Assembly: GCA_913055805.1 (NCBI GenBank)
Contig: CAJXLF010000010.1
Coordinates: forward strand, 21,040 to 85,039
Length of the DNA: 64,000 bases
Source: an uncultured Salinisphaerales bacterium
Lineage (GTDB): Bacteria; Pseudomonadota; Gammaproteobacteria; Nevskiales; CAJXLF01
Reading direction: 5' to 3'
The notes under the pieces were generated by a model that saw only the letters and a program-made list of their open reading frames with translations, was not told the DNA's origin and did not search any database. Made by a program: the position numbers and the translations under genes. The stretch's first letter is position 1. Each line of letters opens with the position of its first letter. This document shows, piece by piece, positions 1-9,939 of this stretch.

Positions 1-564
1 GAAATCGTCAAGCCGGTACAGGAGGAAGACTCGGTCAGCGAAGAGGCCAGTTCCGCCGCACCACCAGCAGCGCCGCCGCCGCCCTCCCTGCCCAGCCTTT
101 CCAATCTGAGCATTCCGGTGCAACAGGCGCCGAGCGTGAACGTATCCATGCCGCAACCGGAGATCTCCGCCGATATCGGTACCGGCCAGAGTTTCGGCAA
201 GGCTTTCGGCGGTTTTGGTACTGCCGGCAGTGGTTCCGGCAAAGAAGGCTATGGACAGGGGCAAGGCTTCAAGGGCAAGCCGTTGGTGCCGCTGTCCACA
301 GCTCGCCCGCAGATACCGGAATCCGCCTACCGGCGTGGTATTGAAGGCTGGGTGGAAGTCGTCTTTACAGTGACTGGTGATGGCAGGGTTGTGGATGTGA
401 AGATCCTCGACGCCGAACCCAAGGGCGTGTTCGAAGCGGCGGCGGTGGAAAGCATCAGTGAATGGATTTACCCGCGCAACTACCGCAATGGCAAGCCCGT
501 GGCTCGGCAGGTGAAACAGAAAGTCGAGTTTAAGCTGGAAGATTTTCAGTACAACTGGAATTAG
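1..564 (+). CDS. tonB: TonB-family energy transducer, C-terminal part (5' end lies upstream of the window)
   Basis: Frame 1 is open from nt 1 (EIVKPVQEED...AAPPAAPPPPSLPSL Pro-rich spacer). It is followed by a TonB C-terminal-domain-like segment (YRRGIEGWVEVVFTVTGDGRVVDVKILDAEPKGVFEAAAVESISEW). Stop at 562-564. Confidence 0.8.
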   Translation, partial: EIVKPVQEEDSVSEEASSAAPPAAPPPPSLPSLSNLSIPVQQAPSVNVSMPQPEISADIGTGQSFGKAFGGFGTAGSGSGKEGYGQGQGFKGKPLVPLSTARPQIPESAYRRGIEGWVEVVFTVTGDGRVVDVKILDAEPKGVFEAAAVESISEWIYPRNYRNGKPVARQVKQKVEFKLEDFQYNWN

Positions 565-652
565 CTTGATGCTTGCTTGCTCGGGAGTACATAGACTTGT
601 CTTTCACTCAGGCCATAGTGTTGACTATGCCCTTCGCTGCAAGACGGCGTCT

Positions 653-3247
653 ATGCACACGCGAGCGGCGCAATCATTCAAGCTAATTATTCTTTTCATC
701 TCTTTTGCTTCTTATCCCGCACAGGCCGACCAGTACCGTAGTGAAGTGAAGGAGGTGCCGGGGTATCAGGAGCCTTCCGGTCCGGCGACGGATAACCCGG
801 AGCAGTTGCTGAAAAGTACCGAGGGCAACCCCTATGCCCGTGCGTTGACTCTGCAGCAGATGGCGGGCCAGGCGGCGGCGAACAAGGACTATGCAACAGC
901 CGTGCGGCGCCTGGAGGAAGCACTGGAACTGGGCGCATTGTCGGAGATTGCCCAGCAGGAAATGCGCCGGGATCTGGCCAGGCTGTATGTGAGCCAGGGG
1001 CAGGGCGCCAAGGCGATCAGCACGCTGGAGCAGGCGGTGCGGGGTGAGGGCGCGCAAGATCCCAATTTGCAGTACACCCTGGCAGCTGCCTACGTGGGCG
1101 CCAAGCGTTACCGTGAAGCGCTGGGGCCGCTGGAACGGGCCATGTCGCTGACCAAGCTTCCGAAAAGGGAATGGTACGACCTCAAGTTTGCCATTCATCA
1201 TCAGTTGGGCCAGCTGGATTCGGCCGTTCGCGTGCTTGAGCAGCGCATCGAGAAATTCGGGCCGGACAAGGACACCTGGATGCAGATGGCCGCGCTTAAT
1301 GGTCAGCTCAAGCGTTATGACGAAGCTGCAGCCGCCATGGCGCTGGCCTATCGTGAAGGCGCCCTGAGCAAGCCCGAGGAACTCAAGCAGCTGGCGGGGC
1401 TGTATGTGCGGGCTGGCGCACCCTATGAGGCGGCTGCGCTTATGGATCAATGGCTGACCTCCGGGCAACTGGGCGACAGTACCGCCCATTGGGAGCATCT
1501 GGCGGGTCTGTGGCTGAAAGCCAAGGAACGCAAGCGGGCGTTGGCGGCCATGGCCAGGGCGGCAGAGAAGAGTGGCCGCCCCGAACAATATCTGGAAATT
1601 GCCCAGCTCAATATGGAAATGGAGAACTGGCCACAGGCGGTGAATGCCATTGGCCAGGCTTTCCGCAAGGGCTTGCCGGAGAAGCGCGCCGGCGATGCCT
1701 ATATCGCCCTGGGCTGGTCCCAGTATCAGATGGGGCAGAGTGAAGAGGCGGCACGTTCCTTCACCATGGCGGCAGGTCACCCGCGTTCGGCGAAACTGGC
1801 CCGGCAATGGCTGGAATTCATCCGTCTGGGTATCGGCCCCAGTCAGGTGGCTTCCGGGGGTGGAGACGGTATCGTGCCGGACGACGAGGACTACGATGCG
1901 CCAGCGGCTACCGCGGTGGCCATCGCACCCACCCGGCGGCGCGGTAGCCAGGAGTCTGCTGCCGGTAGCGGATACGCCACCGGGGATCAGTACATTCCCA
2001 TGGGCGGGATTCGGGAAGGCACGCCTGACGGCAGAATTCCTCCCTGGACGGGTGGGCTGCATCCGGGAAATATGCCGAAAGCCTATGAGCCGGGTGGCCC
2101 GCTGGTTGACCCCTTTCCCTCGGACAAGCCGTTATTCGTCATCGATGGCAGTAATTATCGCAAGTACAAGGAGTATCTGAGCGAGGGGCATATCCGTCTG
2201 CTCAAGCAGTACGACAGCTACAAGATGCCGGTTTACGAGACGCGCAGGACCGCCGCCTACCCCGAGGCTATTTACAAGGCGAGCCTGGAGAACCAGAAGA
2301 CTGCACGCCTCATTGATCCGGATATTCTCGAAGGTGCGAAACTGGGCTTTCCGTTCCGCCGCCCCAAAACCGGTAATGAGGTCATCTGGAATCACCGTAC
2401 ACGTTATCGCGGGGACAGCATTCGCTTGCATAACAGCCAGGTGGTGATGTTGCCGGACGGTTCGAATACCGTACTCAAGCATTTCACCGAGGTCTTTTTC
2501 GTCTATGGCAATCTGAGTAATCCGGGCGAAATTGGCGAGGGTCATATGCTGCTCTATTACCTGAGCCGCGTGATTGCGCCGAGCAAGATGTCAGGCATGC
2601 TGGTGCTGGCGCATGAGACCACGGATCTGAAGAAAGGGCGTCAGGCCTGGGCTTCGCCGCCGGGATTGCGTCGTCTGTTCCGGGTGCCGGCCAATATCGG
2701 GTATGACTATCCGGCGCCGGGCACCGGTGGCCTGCAGTATCTGGACCAGATCAATATGTATAACGGCGGTTTCAACAAGTACACTTGGCGGCTGCTGGGG
2801 CGCAAGGTCATGATTGCGCCCTACAACAGTTACCGGGCCCAGGATCGCAGCCTTAAGTACAACGAACTGGTGCCGCCCAAGCATTTCAACCAGGATTACA
2901 CGCGATACGAGATGCATCGTCTGTGGGTGGTGGAAGCTGAAACGCGTCCGGGTGAAAACCACAACTTCAAACGCCGGGTGTTTTACGTGGACGAAGATGC
3001 CTACGGCATTCTGATGGTGGATTGCTATGACAAGGATGGCGACCTCTGGCGCTTCCAGGAAGGGCACTCCCTGGGGTACTACCATGTACCCATGACCACC
3101 ACGGGCCCGGAACTGATCTACGACCTGCATGATCAACGTTATCTGGCTTCCGTGCTGACTAATGAGGAAGACGTGCCGGAGTTCAATTATGACCGGCACA
3201 AGACAGCCTACTTCTCGCCGGGCAAGGTGAAGACGCTGATTCACTAG
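653..3247 (+). CDS. Secreted TPR-repeat domain fused to a DUF1329 (LolA-like) domain in one polypeptide
   Basis: Uninterrupted ORF opening at 566. The likely start is ATG 653 (MHTRAAQSFKLIILFISFASYPAQA looks like a signal peptide). Residues ~60-430 are Ala/Leu-rich TPR-like helical repeats, followed by a Gly/Asp/Pro linker. Residues ~470-893 are collinear with the stand-alone paralogue at 4921-6273 (DGRIPPWTGG vs DGSIPEWTGG; YKMPVYETRR vs YKMLVYKSHR; GFPF..P..G.EVIWNHR.R.RG; HRLWVVEAE; RRVFYVDEDAY vs RRFYVDEDSW). Confidence 0.8.
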   Translation: MHTRAAQSFKLIILFISFASYPAQADQYRSEVKEVPGYQEPSGPATDNPEQLLKSTEGNPYARALTLQQMAGQAAANKDYATAVRRLEEALELGALSEIAQQEMRRDLARLYVSQGQGAKAISTLEQAVRGEGAQDPNLQYTLAAAYVGAKRYREALGPLERAMSLTKLPKREWYDLKFAIHHQLGQLDSAVRVLEQRIEKFGPDKDTWMQMAALNGQLKRYDEAAAAMALAYREGALSKPEELKQLAGLYVRAGAPYEAAALMDQWLTSGQLGDSTAHWEHLAGLWLKAKERKRALAAMARAAEKSGRPEQYLEIAQLNMEMENWPQAVNAIGQAFRKGLPEKRAGDAYIALGWSQYQMGQSEEAARSFTMAAGHPRSAKLARQWLEFIRLGIGPSQVASGGGDGIVPDDEDYDAPAATAVAIAPTRRRGSQESAAGSGYATGDQYIPMGGIREGTPDGRIPPWTGGLHPGNMPKAYEPGGPLVDPFPSDKPLFVIDGSNYRKYKEYLSEGHIRLLKQYDSYKMPVYETRRTAAYPEAIYKASLENQKTARLIDPDILEGAKLGFPFRRPKTGNEVIWNHRTRYRGDSIRLHNSQVVMLPDGSNTVLKHFTEVFFVYGNLSNPGEIGEGHMLLYYLSRVIAPSKMSGMLVLAHETTDLKKGRQAWASPPGLRRLFRVPANIGYDYPAPGTGGLQYLDQINMYNGGFNKYTWRLLGRKVMIAPYNSYRAQDRSLKYNELVPPKHFNQDYTRYEMHRLWVVEAETRPGENHNFKRRVFYVDEDAYGILMVDCYDKDGDLWRFQEGHSLGYYHVPMTTTGPELIYDLHDQRYLASVLTNEEDVPEFNYDRHKTAYFSPGKVKTLIH

Positions 3248-3326
3248 CAGTGAGCATGGCCGGCGGAGTCCGGCAGGCCTCGATACGGTAGAATGGCAGT
3301 TACTGTCCTGCCTATAAAAACACTGA

Positions 3327-4730
3327 ATGTCTGATTCCGAAGACACTACGCTTAAAAAACTGAAAACCAGTCCTTTTGACCGCAATCTGGCCATGGCCAA
3401 GGTGGGCGTGGTCACGGGCACCCAGGTGCTGGGCCATGAACTGGGCAACCTGTTTCGCGGCAAGGCCGGGCGCGAAGACCGTGATCGCGAATTCTATACG
3501 CGCCAGGCAGGCTATCTGGCCGACGAACTGGGCAAGCTGAAAGGCAGTGTCATGAAGGTCGGACAGATGCTGTCCCTGTATGGGCAATACTTCATGCCGC
3601 CGGAAGCGGTGAACGTGCTGGCCGGCCTGCAGGACAACACCCCGCCGGTCGACTGGGAGGTGGTGTACCCGATTGTGCAGCAGCAACTGGGGCCACGCCG
3701 TCTGGCGGAACTGGAGATTGAACCCAGACCACTGGCGTCGGCCTCGCTGGGGCAGGTGCATGTGGCCTGGCGCAAGTCCGACCGGCGCAAGATGGTGCTG
3801 AAGATCCAGTACCCAGGTGTGGGTGACGCCATCGACAGTGATGTGCGTACCTTGTCGCGTCTGATGAGTATGGCCAAGATCATGCCCAAGGGCATTTCGC
3901 TGGCGCCGATCATGGAAGAAGTGCGCGAAATGTTGCACCAGGAAGTGGATTACGGGCGCGAGCTCACCATGACGCAGACTTACTATGAGCGTCTCAAGGA
4001 TGATCCGCGTTACGTCGTGCCGGAAGTGATTGAGGAGTATTGCAGCGACCTGATTCTGGCATTCAGTTACGAAGAGGCGCTGCATGTGAAATCCGAAGAG
4101 GTGCAGGCGCTGCCACAGGCGCGGCGTGACCGTATTGCCGCCAATGCGCTGGAACTCTTCTTTACCGAGTTCTTTGGCTGGGGCCTGGTGCAGACCGATC
4201 CGCATTTCGGCAATTTCAAGGTGCGTATCGATCCGCAGGGAGAGAACGACCAACTGGTGCTGATGGACTTCGGTGCGACCCGGGTTTTCTCCAGACCCTT
4301 CCGCAATCATTACTACAACATTGTGGCCGGCGCCTATGCCGACGATGTGGAGCAGATGCTTGCCGGCGCCGAGGGGATTGGCCTCATGCGTACGCATTTT
4401 TCCGAAAATGTGCGCAGCGCCTTCGTCGAGGTCTGTCGATTGATCATTGAGCCTTTCTGTCAGGTCTGTGATGAGCGGCCGCCGGCAGAATGGCTGACCG
4501 AAGATGGCGGGTATCGCTGGGGCCGGACCGATCTGCCGACACGGGTGGCGGCAGCGGTCAGCAAGGCCGCCATGTCGCGTTATTTTCGTGTTCCGCCGCG
4601 GGAAATCGTGTTTCTGCACCGCCGCCTGGTCGGCGTCTTTGTATTGCTGGCCGTGCTGGATGCCACCATTGATGGCCGTCAGGTCCTGGCGCGTTACGTG
4701 ACGCCATTGGCTGATGATGTGAGTCGATAA
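3327..4730 (+). CDS. ABC1/UbiB-family atypical protein kinase
   Basis: 467-aa ORF with ABC1/ADCK-type motifs: ASASLGQVHVAWRK, LKIQYPGV, EVDYGRE, QTDPHFGNF, LMDFGA. Confidence 0.85.
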   Translation: MSDSEDTTLKKLKTSPFDRNLAMAKVGVVTGTQVLGHELGNLFRGKAGREDRDREFYTRQAGYLADELGKLKGSVMKVGQMLSLYGQYFMPPEAVNVLAGLQDNTPPVDWEVVYPIVQQQLGPRRLAELEIEPRPLASASLGQVHVAWRKSDRRKMVLKIQYPGVGDAIDSDVRTLSRLMSMAKIMPKGISLAPIMEEVREMLHQEVDYGRELTMTQTYYERLKDDPRYVVPEVIEEYCSDLILAFSYEEALHVKSEEVQALPQARRDRIAANALELFFTEFFGWGLVQTDPHFGNFKVRIDPQGENDQLVLMDFGATRVFSRPFRNHYYNIVAGAYADDVEQMLAGAEGIGLMRTHFSENVRSAFVEVCRLIIEPFCQVCDERPPAEWLTEDGGYRWGRTDLPTRVAAAVSKAAMSRYFRVPPREIVFLHRRLVGVFVLLAVLDATIDGRQVLARYVTPLADDVSR

Positions 4731-4920
4731 TGAGAAGAAACACCAGAACTATTGCTGCAGAGGGTGGTCATCAAAGGTGACGCGCAGATACGGCTTTTGA
4801 CTTTTAAACCCTGCGGAGAGAAGCTTGCCCTCTTGGCAGGTCCAGATTGTCTGCTGCATAAAACCATGTGAGACCGCAGGATCTCACGACAACTGAACTA
4901 TCGATCGAGGAGTAGATCCG

Positions 4921-6273
4921 ATGCAACCGAGAACCCTACTGTCCGTGGGTGTCGCTTTTACAATGGGACTATCCGCCATCCAGGCGCAGGCCAAGGTATC
5001 TGCCGAAGAAGCAGCCAAGCTGGGCGCTGAATTGACCCCCGTGGGCGCTGAAAAGGCTGCCAATGCCGACGGCAGTATTCCGGAGTGGACCGGCGGTGAA
5101 CCGCAGAGCGGCGATCCCTCGGGTATGTGGCCCGACGAGACCAAGTATGTGCCCGAGCAATCCATTGCCACCATCACCAAGGCCAATATGGCCGAGTATG
5201 CGGACAAGCTGACCGAAGGCCACAAGGCCATGCTCGAGCGCTACGATACCTACAAGATGCTGGTCTACAAATCGCATCGCCCGGTTTCTTATCCCGCGCC
5301 GATTGTGAAGGCGACAAAGGAAAACGCCACGCGCGCTTTTCTGGACGGCGACCCCGACCATATCAAGGGGGCCAAGCTGGGTTTCCCGTTCCCGATTCCA
5401 CAATCGGGCGCTGAAGTCATCTGGAATCACCGTCTGCGCTGGCGTGGTGAGGCGGTGAAGCGCTACAACAACCAGGCGATCGTGCAGCCCAGCGGCGAGT
5501 ATCAGATCAGTAAACTGGTGGAGGACGTCAAGTTCCCGTACACCGATCTGGATGACCCGCAGCCGTTTGACGAAGAAGACGACATTGCCATCTATTACCT
5601 GTCCGAAACCATTGCGCCGCCACGTAACGCAGGACAGTTCCTGCTGGGCTGGGAGCATCCCTATTCCCGTAGTGCCTGGTTGTACAACCCGGGTCTGCGG
5701 CGCGTACGCCGTGCCCCGAATGTCGGTTTCGACAATCCCTATGAAGGCACTGACGGCAACCAGTTCTACGACCAGGTGGATATGTATAACGGTTCCTTCG
5801 AGCGTTATACCTGGAAGCTGGTGGGCAAGAAGGAAGTCTATATTCCCTACAATTCACACAATATCAATCTGCCGAAACACAAGTACGACGACATCATTCA
5901 GCAGTATCACGTGAATCAGGATATTGCCCGTTACGAGTTGCATCGGGTGTGGGTGGTTGAGGCGGAACTGAAGCCCGGCACCAGCCACAGTTTCAAGAAG
6001 CGTCGCTTCTATGTGGACGAGGATTCCTGGTATGTGACCGCGGTCGACTGTTACGACAATCGTGATGAGCTGTGGAAGTTCCAGGAGGCGCATACCGCCT
6101 ATACAACGAATGTTCAGGCTGTGGGTGGCGCGCCCGAGCTGATCTATGACTTCCAGACCGGCGGCTATTTCGCGACAGCCATGATCAACGAGGACAAGCC
6201 GAATGATTTCTCGGTGGAATACAACGACAAGTACTTCACCACCCAGAATGTGAAAAAGCTCACCACGCGTTGA
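4921..6273 (+). CDS. DUF1329 family periplasmic/outer-membrane-associated protein
   Basis: 450 aa with an N-terminal signal peptide (MQPRTLLSVGVAFTMGLSAIQAQA). DUF1329-type blocks are shared with the C-terminal half of ORF 653-3247. A GAGGAG RBS lies upstream. Confidence 0.85.
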   Translation: MQPRTLLSVGVAFTMGLSAIQAQAKVSAEEAAKLGAELTPVGAEKAANADGSIPEWTGGEPQSGDPSGMWPDETKYVPEQSIATITKANMAEYADKLTEGHKAMLERYDTYKMLVYKSHRPVSYPAPIVKATKENATRAFLDGDPDHIKGAKLGFPFPIPQSGAEVIWNHRLRWRGEAVKRYNNQAIVQPSGEYQISKLVEDVKFPYTDLDDPQPFDEEDDIAIYYLSETIAPPRNAGQFLLGWEHPYSRSAWLYNPGLRRVRRAPNVGFDNPYEGTDGNQFYDQVDMYNGSFERYTWKLVGKKEVYIPYNSHNINLPKHKYDDIIQQYHVNQDIARYELHRVWVVEAELKPGTSHSFKKRRFYVDEDSWYVTAVDCYDNRDELWKFQEAHTAYTTNVQAVGGAPELIYDFQTGGYFATAMINEDKPNDFSVEYNDKYFTTQNVKKLTTR

Positions 6274-6295
6274 TCTGAAACAAGCAGTCATGTCA

Positions 6296-6329
6296 GCGGC
6301 TGCGGGCTTGCCTGCAGCCGCTTTTTTTT
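6296..6329 (+). terminator. Rho-independent terminator after the DUF1329 gene
   Basis: GCGGCTGC(6296-6303)...GCAGCCGC(6314-6321) stem followed by T8 (6322-6329). Confidence 0.75.
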
Positions 6330-6371
6330 ATTCAATGCTTCCCGCACCCGCTATTTACTGTAAGGAATGAC

Positions 6372-6860
6372 ATGCAGGAGAAACGTAAGGCCCGCTTTCC
6401 CAAAAATTCGGAAACGGTTATCCGGATGTTCAGCGACAGGGAATATTTCCTGAAGAAATATGAAATCTGCGGCGCGACCAATATCAGGCTGCTTGATCAT
6501 GAACTGGATGGCGACCGCTTCACCATTGAGATTACCCGTGATGTGCCCGCGGATGTGCCGGTGCCGGCATTCGCCAAAAAATTCATGGCGGACACCATGA
6601 CGGTGGTACAGCGTGACACCTGGGATCTCGACAGTAAAACCGGTCAGCTGCATATCGATCTGCGTGGTGTGCCGGTACAGATAAGCTGTGACATGACGCT
6701 CGAAGATGAGGGGGAGAACAGTATCCTGCACATGGATTTCGACTGCCGGGCCAACGTGCCGCTGATTGGCAAAAAGGTGGAGCGCCTGGTGCTGGACGAT
6801 GTCATCCGCAAAATCGAGGTCGACACCGAAGCGGGCATTCAATTACTGGCGAACTACTGA
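6372..6860 (+). CDS. Hypothetical protein, DUF2505/SRPBCC-like (lipid-binding fold suspected)
   Basis: 162-aa ORF with an AAGGA RBS 5 nt upstream. Size and sequence character recall DUF2505/START-like proteins. The assignment is from memory only. Confidence 0.6.
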   Translation: MQEKRKARFPKNSETVIRMFSDREYFLKKYEICGATNIRLLDHELDGDRFTIEITRDVPADVPVPAFAKKFMADTMTVVQRDTWDLDSKTGQLHIDLRGVPVQISCDMTLEDEGENSILHMDFDCRANVPLIGKKVERLVLDDVIRKIEVDTEAGIQLLANY

Positions 6861-6866
6861 GGTCTC

Positions 6867-7094
6867 ATGAACGAGACAAACGAGCAGAAAGACAAACGAA
6901 CCCCCACGCTGTGGCAGACCTGGATGAGTGTGACCGCTTCGTTTTTCGGGGTTCAGAGCAGCAAGAACCGCGAGCGCGACTTCAAGCATGGCAAGGCGCA
7001 TCACTTCATCATACTGGGCATCATCATGACGGTGGTCTTCATTGGCACCGTGGTTCTGGCGGTCAAATTCGCCCTTACGCAGGCGGGAATGTAA
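6867..7094 (+). CDS. Small membrane protein, DUF2970-like
   Basis: 75 aa with a GAGG RBS. The segment SFFGVQSSKNRERDF is followed by one C-terminal TM helix (HFIILGIIMTVVFIGTVVLAV), typical of DUF2970. Starts 6 nt after the preceding gene. Confidence 0.6.
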   Translation: MNETNEQKDKRTPTLWQTWMSVTASFFGVQSSKNRERDFKHGKAHHFIILGIIMTVVFIGTVVLAVKFALTQAGM

Positions 7095-7164
7095 GCAAGT
7101 TCAAACGTCGTTCCGGAACCCGCGCAGCAATGCCGGTGGCCTGACACAGAAGTGACGCCGGGGC

Positions 7165-9762
7165 TCAGTCCGCCAGTTTCTTCAGTTCGTAGAGCAACTC
7201 CAATGCCTGTTTCGGACTCAGTTCATCGGGTTCGATATCTGCCAGCCGTTTTACAGCGGGTGAGGGTTTGTCTGAAGGTGCCTGGAACAGTCCGATCTGC
7301 TGCGGGTTGTCGTTTGTCATGGCGTTGCTGACCGGTTTGGATTCCAGTTCGGCCAGATAACGTTTGGCCAGTACCAGCACCGGTTTCGGCAGGCCGGCCA
7401 GTGCGGCTACCTGCAGGCCGAAACTCTGGTTGGCCGGGCCTTCCTTTACGGCGTGCAGGAAAACCAGTTCCTCACGCCCGCCGCTGGAAAACTCCGTGGC
7501 ATCCAGATGCACATTGGCTACCGTGGGCAGGCGTTCAGCCAGTTCCGTGAGCTCGAAATAATGCGTGGCGAACAGGGTGAAGGCATGTACTTCGCTGGCC
7601 AGCCAGTCGGCGCAGGCATGCGCCAGCGACAGGCCGTCGTAGGTGCTGGTGCCGCGGCCGATCTCGTCCATCAGCACCAGGCTGTCAGCGGTCGCGTGGT
7701 TGAGTATGGTCGCGGTTTCCGTCATTTCCACCATGAAGGTCGAACGCCCGCCGGCAAGGTCATCGGCCGCGCCAATGCGGGTAAATATACGGTCGATGGG
7801 TCCGAAGGTTGCGGCATCGGCCGGAACGAAGCTGCCGATATGCGCCATCAGCACGATCAGGGCAGTCTGCCGCATATAGGTGGATTTGCCGCCCATGTTC
7901 GGGCCGGTAATAACGAGCATGCGGCGCTCGGCCCCGAGCATCAGGTCATTGGCGATAAACGGATCATCAATGCTGCCTTCCACGACAGGATGGCGTCCCG
8001 CCCGGATATCGATGCAGCTTTCCTCAACCAGGCGGGGTTCGTTCCAGTTCAGGGTTTCGGCACAGGCTGCAAGATTGGCCAGTACGTCCAGTTCGGACAG
8101 CGCTGACGCCGTGAGCTGTAGTGCCCCGATATGCGTGGCCAGCTGGTCGAGCAGGGATTCATAGAGGTGTTTTTCACGGGCCAGTGCGCGTTCGCGCGCG
8201 CTGAGCACCTGGTCCTCGAATTGCTTGAGTTCGGGCGTGATATAGCGTTCGACGCCCTTGAGTGTCTGGCGACGTGTGTAGTCGTCCGGCACCTTGTCGC
8301 TGTGCGTTTTGCCCAGTTCGATGTAATAGCCATGCACCCGGTTGTAGCCGAGCTTGAGTGTGTCCACGCCAACCCGTGCGCGTTCGCGCTGTTCCAGGTC
8401 CAGCAGGAAGCCGTCGGCGTTCTGGCTGATGTCCCGCAGCCGATCCAGTTCCTCGTCATAGCTTGTGCGGATGACACCCCCGTCACGGATCAGCATGGGC
8501 GGGTTGTCGATAAGCGCGGAGCTGAGCAGCGTTTCGACGCTGCCGTGGTCCCCGGTATCGGCATTCAGCTCCGCCAGTCTCGGGCTGTCGATAGCTGTCA
8601 GCTGTTCCTTGAGTCCGGGCAGAAGGCCGAGGCTGCGTCCCAGCCCGGACAGATCACGGGGGCGGGCGCTGCGCAGGGCGATGCGCGCCAGGATACGTTC
8701 GATGTCGACGATTTCCTGCAGCTGATCCTGCAGTCCCCGGTAGAGTTGCCGGTTCTGCAGGCTGCTGATGGCCTGGTAGCGTTTGCGCAGCACGTTCTGA
8801 TCACGCAGCGGCCGCTGTAGCCAGCGGCGCAACAGCCGCCCGCCCATGGCGGTGGCGCAGCGGTCCATGATGCCAATGAGTGTGTGTTCACTGCCGCCAC
8901 TGAGATTGTGCTCCAGTTCCAGGTTGCGGCGCGTGGCGGCATCCAGGTGCAGGGCCGTGTCGCGGTTCTCGGTGGTAATACGGGTGATGTGAGGAATAGC
9001 GGCTTTCTGGGTTTCCTGTACGTATTGCAGCAGGGCGCCGGCCGCGGCAACTGCCAGGGGTTTGTCCTCGCAGCCAAAAGCCACCAGGTCCTGGGTGCCG
9101 AACTGCTCCAGCAACAGGCGTCGTGCACTGCTGCTGTCGAAATGCCAGGGCGGACGGACACGTTGACCACGTTGCCGCAATGAAATATCCATGCCCTCGG
9201 CGACCAGATATTCCACTGGTTTCAGGCGCTCCAGTTCAGCTTGCAGTTCTTCGCGATGCTCCACTTCCAGAACGGTGAAGCGGGCGCTGCTCAGTTCCAG
9301 CGCGGCAATACCGTATCGGCTTGCATGCGCATGAATGGCCACCAGCAGGTTATCGCTGCGCTGATTGAGGAAGGCCTCATCGGTGACGGTGCCCGGTGTG
9401 ACGATGCGTACAACCTTGCGTTCAACAGGGCCTTTGCTGGTGGCCGGATCACCGACCTGTTCACAGATGGCAACCGATTCGCCTTGTCTCAGCAGGCGCG
9501 CGAGGTATTGTTCGGCGGCATGGTAGGGCACGCCCGCCATGGGAATCGGGGCGCCGGCCGACTGTCCGCGCGTCGTCAGGGTGATATCCAGCAGCCGGGC
9601 GGCCCGCTGAGCGTCATCGTAGAACAGCTCGTAGAAATCGCCCATGCGGTAAAACAGCAGAATGTCGGGGTGATCCGCTTTCAGCCTGAGGTACTGCTGC
9701 ATCATCGGCGTATGTGTTGGCGTGTTGTTCGCTGCTGATGAACGCGTCGCTGTCTTGCTCAA
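7165..9762 (-). CDS. mutS: DNA mismatch repair protein MutS
   Basis: [31 protein letters not shown]-terminus, Walker [14 protein letters not shown], and STFMVEM. The longest ORF starts at a TTG (9762). The internal ATG pair at ~9705 is an alternative start. Confidence 0.97.
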   Translation of the reverse strand: MSKTATRSSAANNTPTHTPMMQQYLRLKADHPDILLFYRMGDFYELFYDDAQRAARLLDITLTTRGQSAGAPIPMAGVPYHAAEQYLARLLRQGESVAICEQVGDPATSKGPVERKVVRIVTPGTVTDEAFLNQRSDNLLVAIHAHASRYGIAALELSSARFTVLEVEHREELQAELERLKPVEYLVAEGMDISLRQRGQRVRPPWHFDSSSARRLLLEQFGTQDLVAFGCEDKPLAVAAAGALLQYVQETQKAAIPHITRITTENRDTALHLDAATRRNLELEHNLSGGSEHTLIGIMDRCATAMGGRLLRRWLQRPLRDQNVLRKRYQAISSLQNRQLYRGLQDQLQEIVDIERILARIALRSARPRDLSGLGRSLGLLPGLKEQLTAIDSPRLAELNADTGDHGSVETLLSSALIDNPPMLIRDGGVIRTSYDEELDRLRDISQNADGFLLDLEQRERARVGVDTLKLGYNRVHGYYIELGKTHSDKVPDDYTRRQTLKGVERYITPELKQFEDQVLSARERALAREKHLYESLLDQLATHIGALQLTASALSELDVLANLAACAETLNWNEPRLVEESCIDIRAGRHPVVEGSIDDPFIANDLMLGAERRMLVITGPNMGGKSTYMRQTALIVLMAHIGSFVPADAATFGPIDRIFTRIGAADDLAGGRSTFMVEMTETATILNHATADSLVLMDEIGRGTSTYDGLSLAHACADWLASEVHAFTLFATHYFELTELAERLPTVANVHLDATEFSSGGREELVFLHAVKEGPANQSFGLQVAALAGLPKPVLVLAKRYLAELESKPVSNAMTNDNPQQIGLFQAPSDKPSPAVKRLADIEPDELSPKQALELLYELKKLAD

Positions 9763-9939
9763 GGCCTGAAACTCATGGGTCTATCGGTGAAGGGGGCTAT
9801 GCTAACAAAGGCGGCGAACAGGAGCGCAATCTTGTCATCAAAACTGCAGTGCAACATACTATGCGGTATGAAATGACGCTTCGGTTTGGAGGAGAGAGTG
9901 AAGTTACGTCACCCCCATGCTGCGCAGGCAAGCATAGCC

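Noticed and set aside
683-2062. 459-aa ORF on the minus strand, antisense to the TPR-DUF1329 gene
   Set aside because: It lies entirely inside a well-supported plus-strand gene. It is Arg/Gly/Pro/His-rich and low-complexity, with no RBS. This is a typical shadow ORF of a GC-rich gene.
3312-4619. 435-aa ORF antisense to the ABC1-kinase gene
   Set aside because: Same reasoning. The plus-strand product has clear kinase motifs. The antisense product has none and is His/Arg/Gln-rich.
6356-6375. LexA-box-like TACTGTAAGGAATGACATGC overlapping the RBS and start of the DUF2505-like gene
   Set aside because: The second half-site is ACAT rather than ACAG, and the flanks deviate from consensus. It may bind LexA weakly, but I cannot support this from sequence alone.
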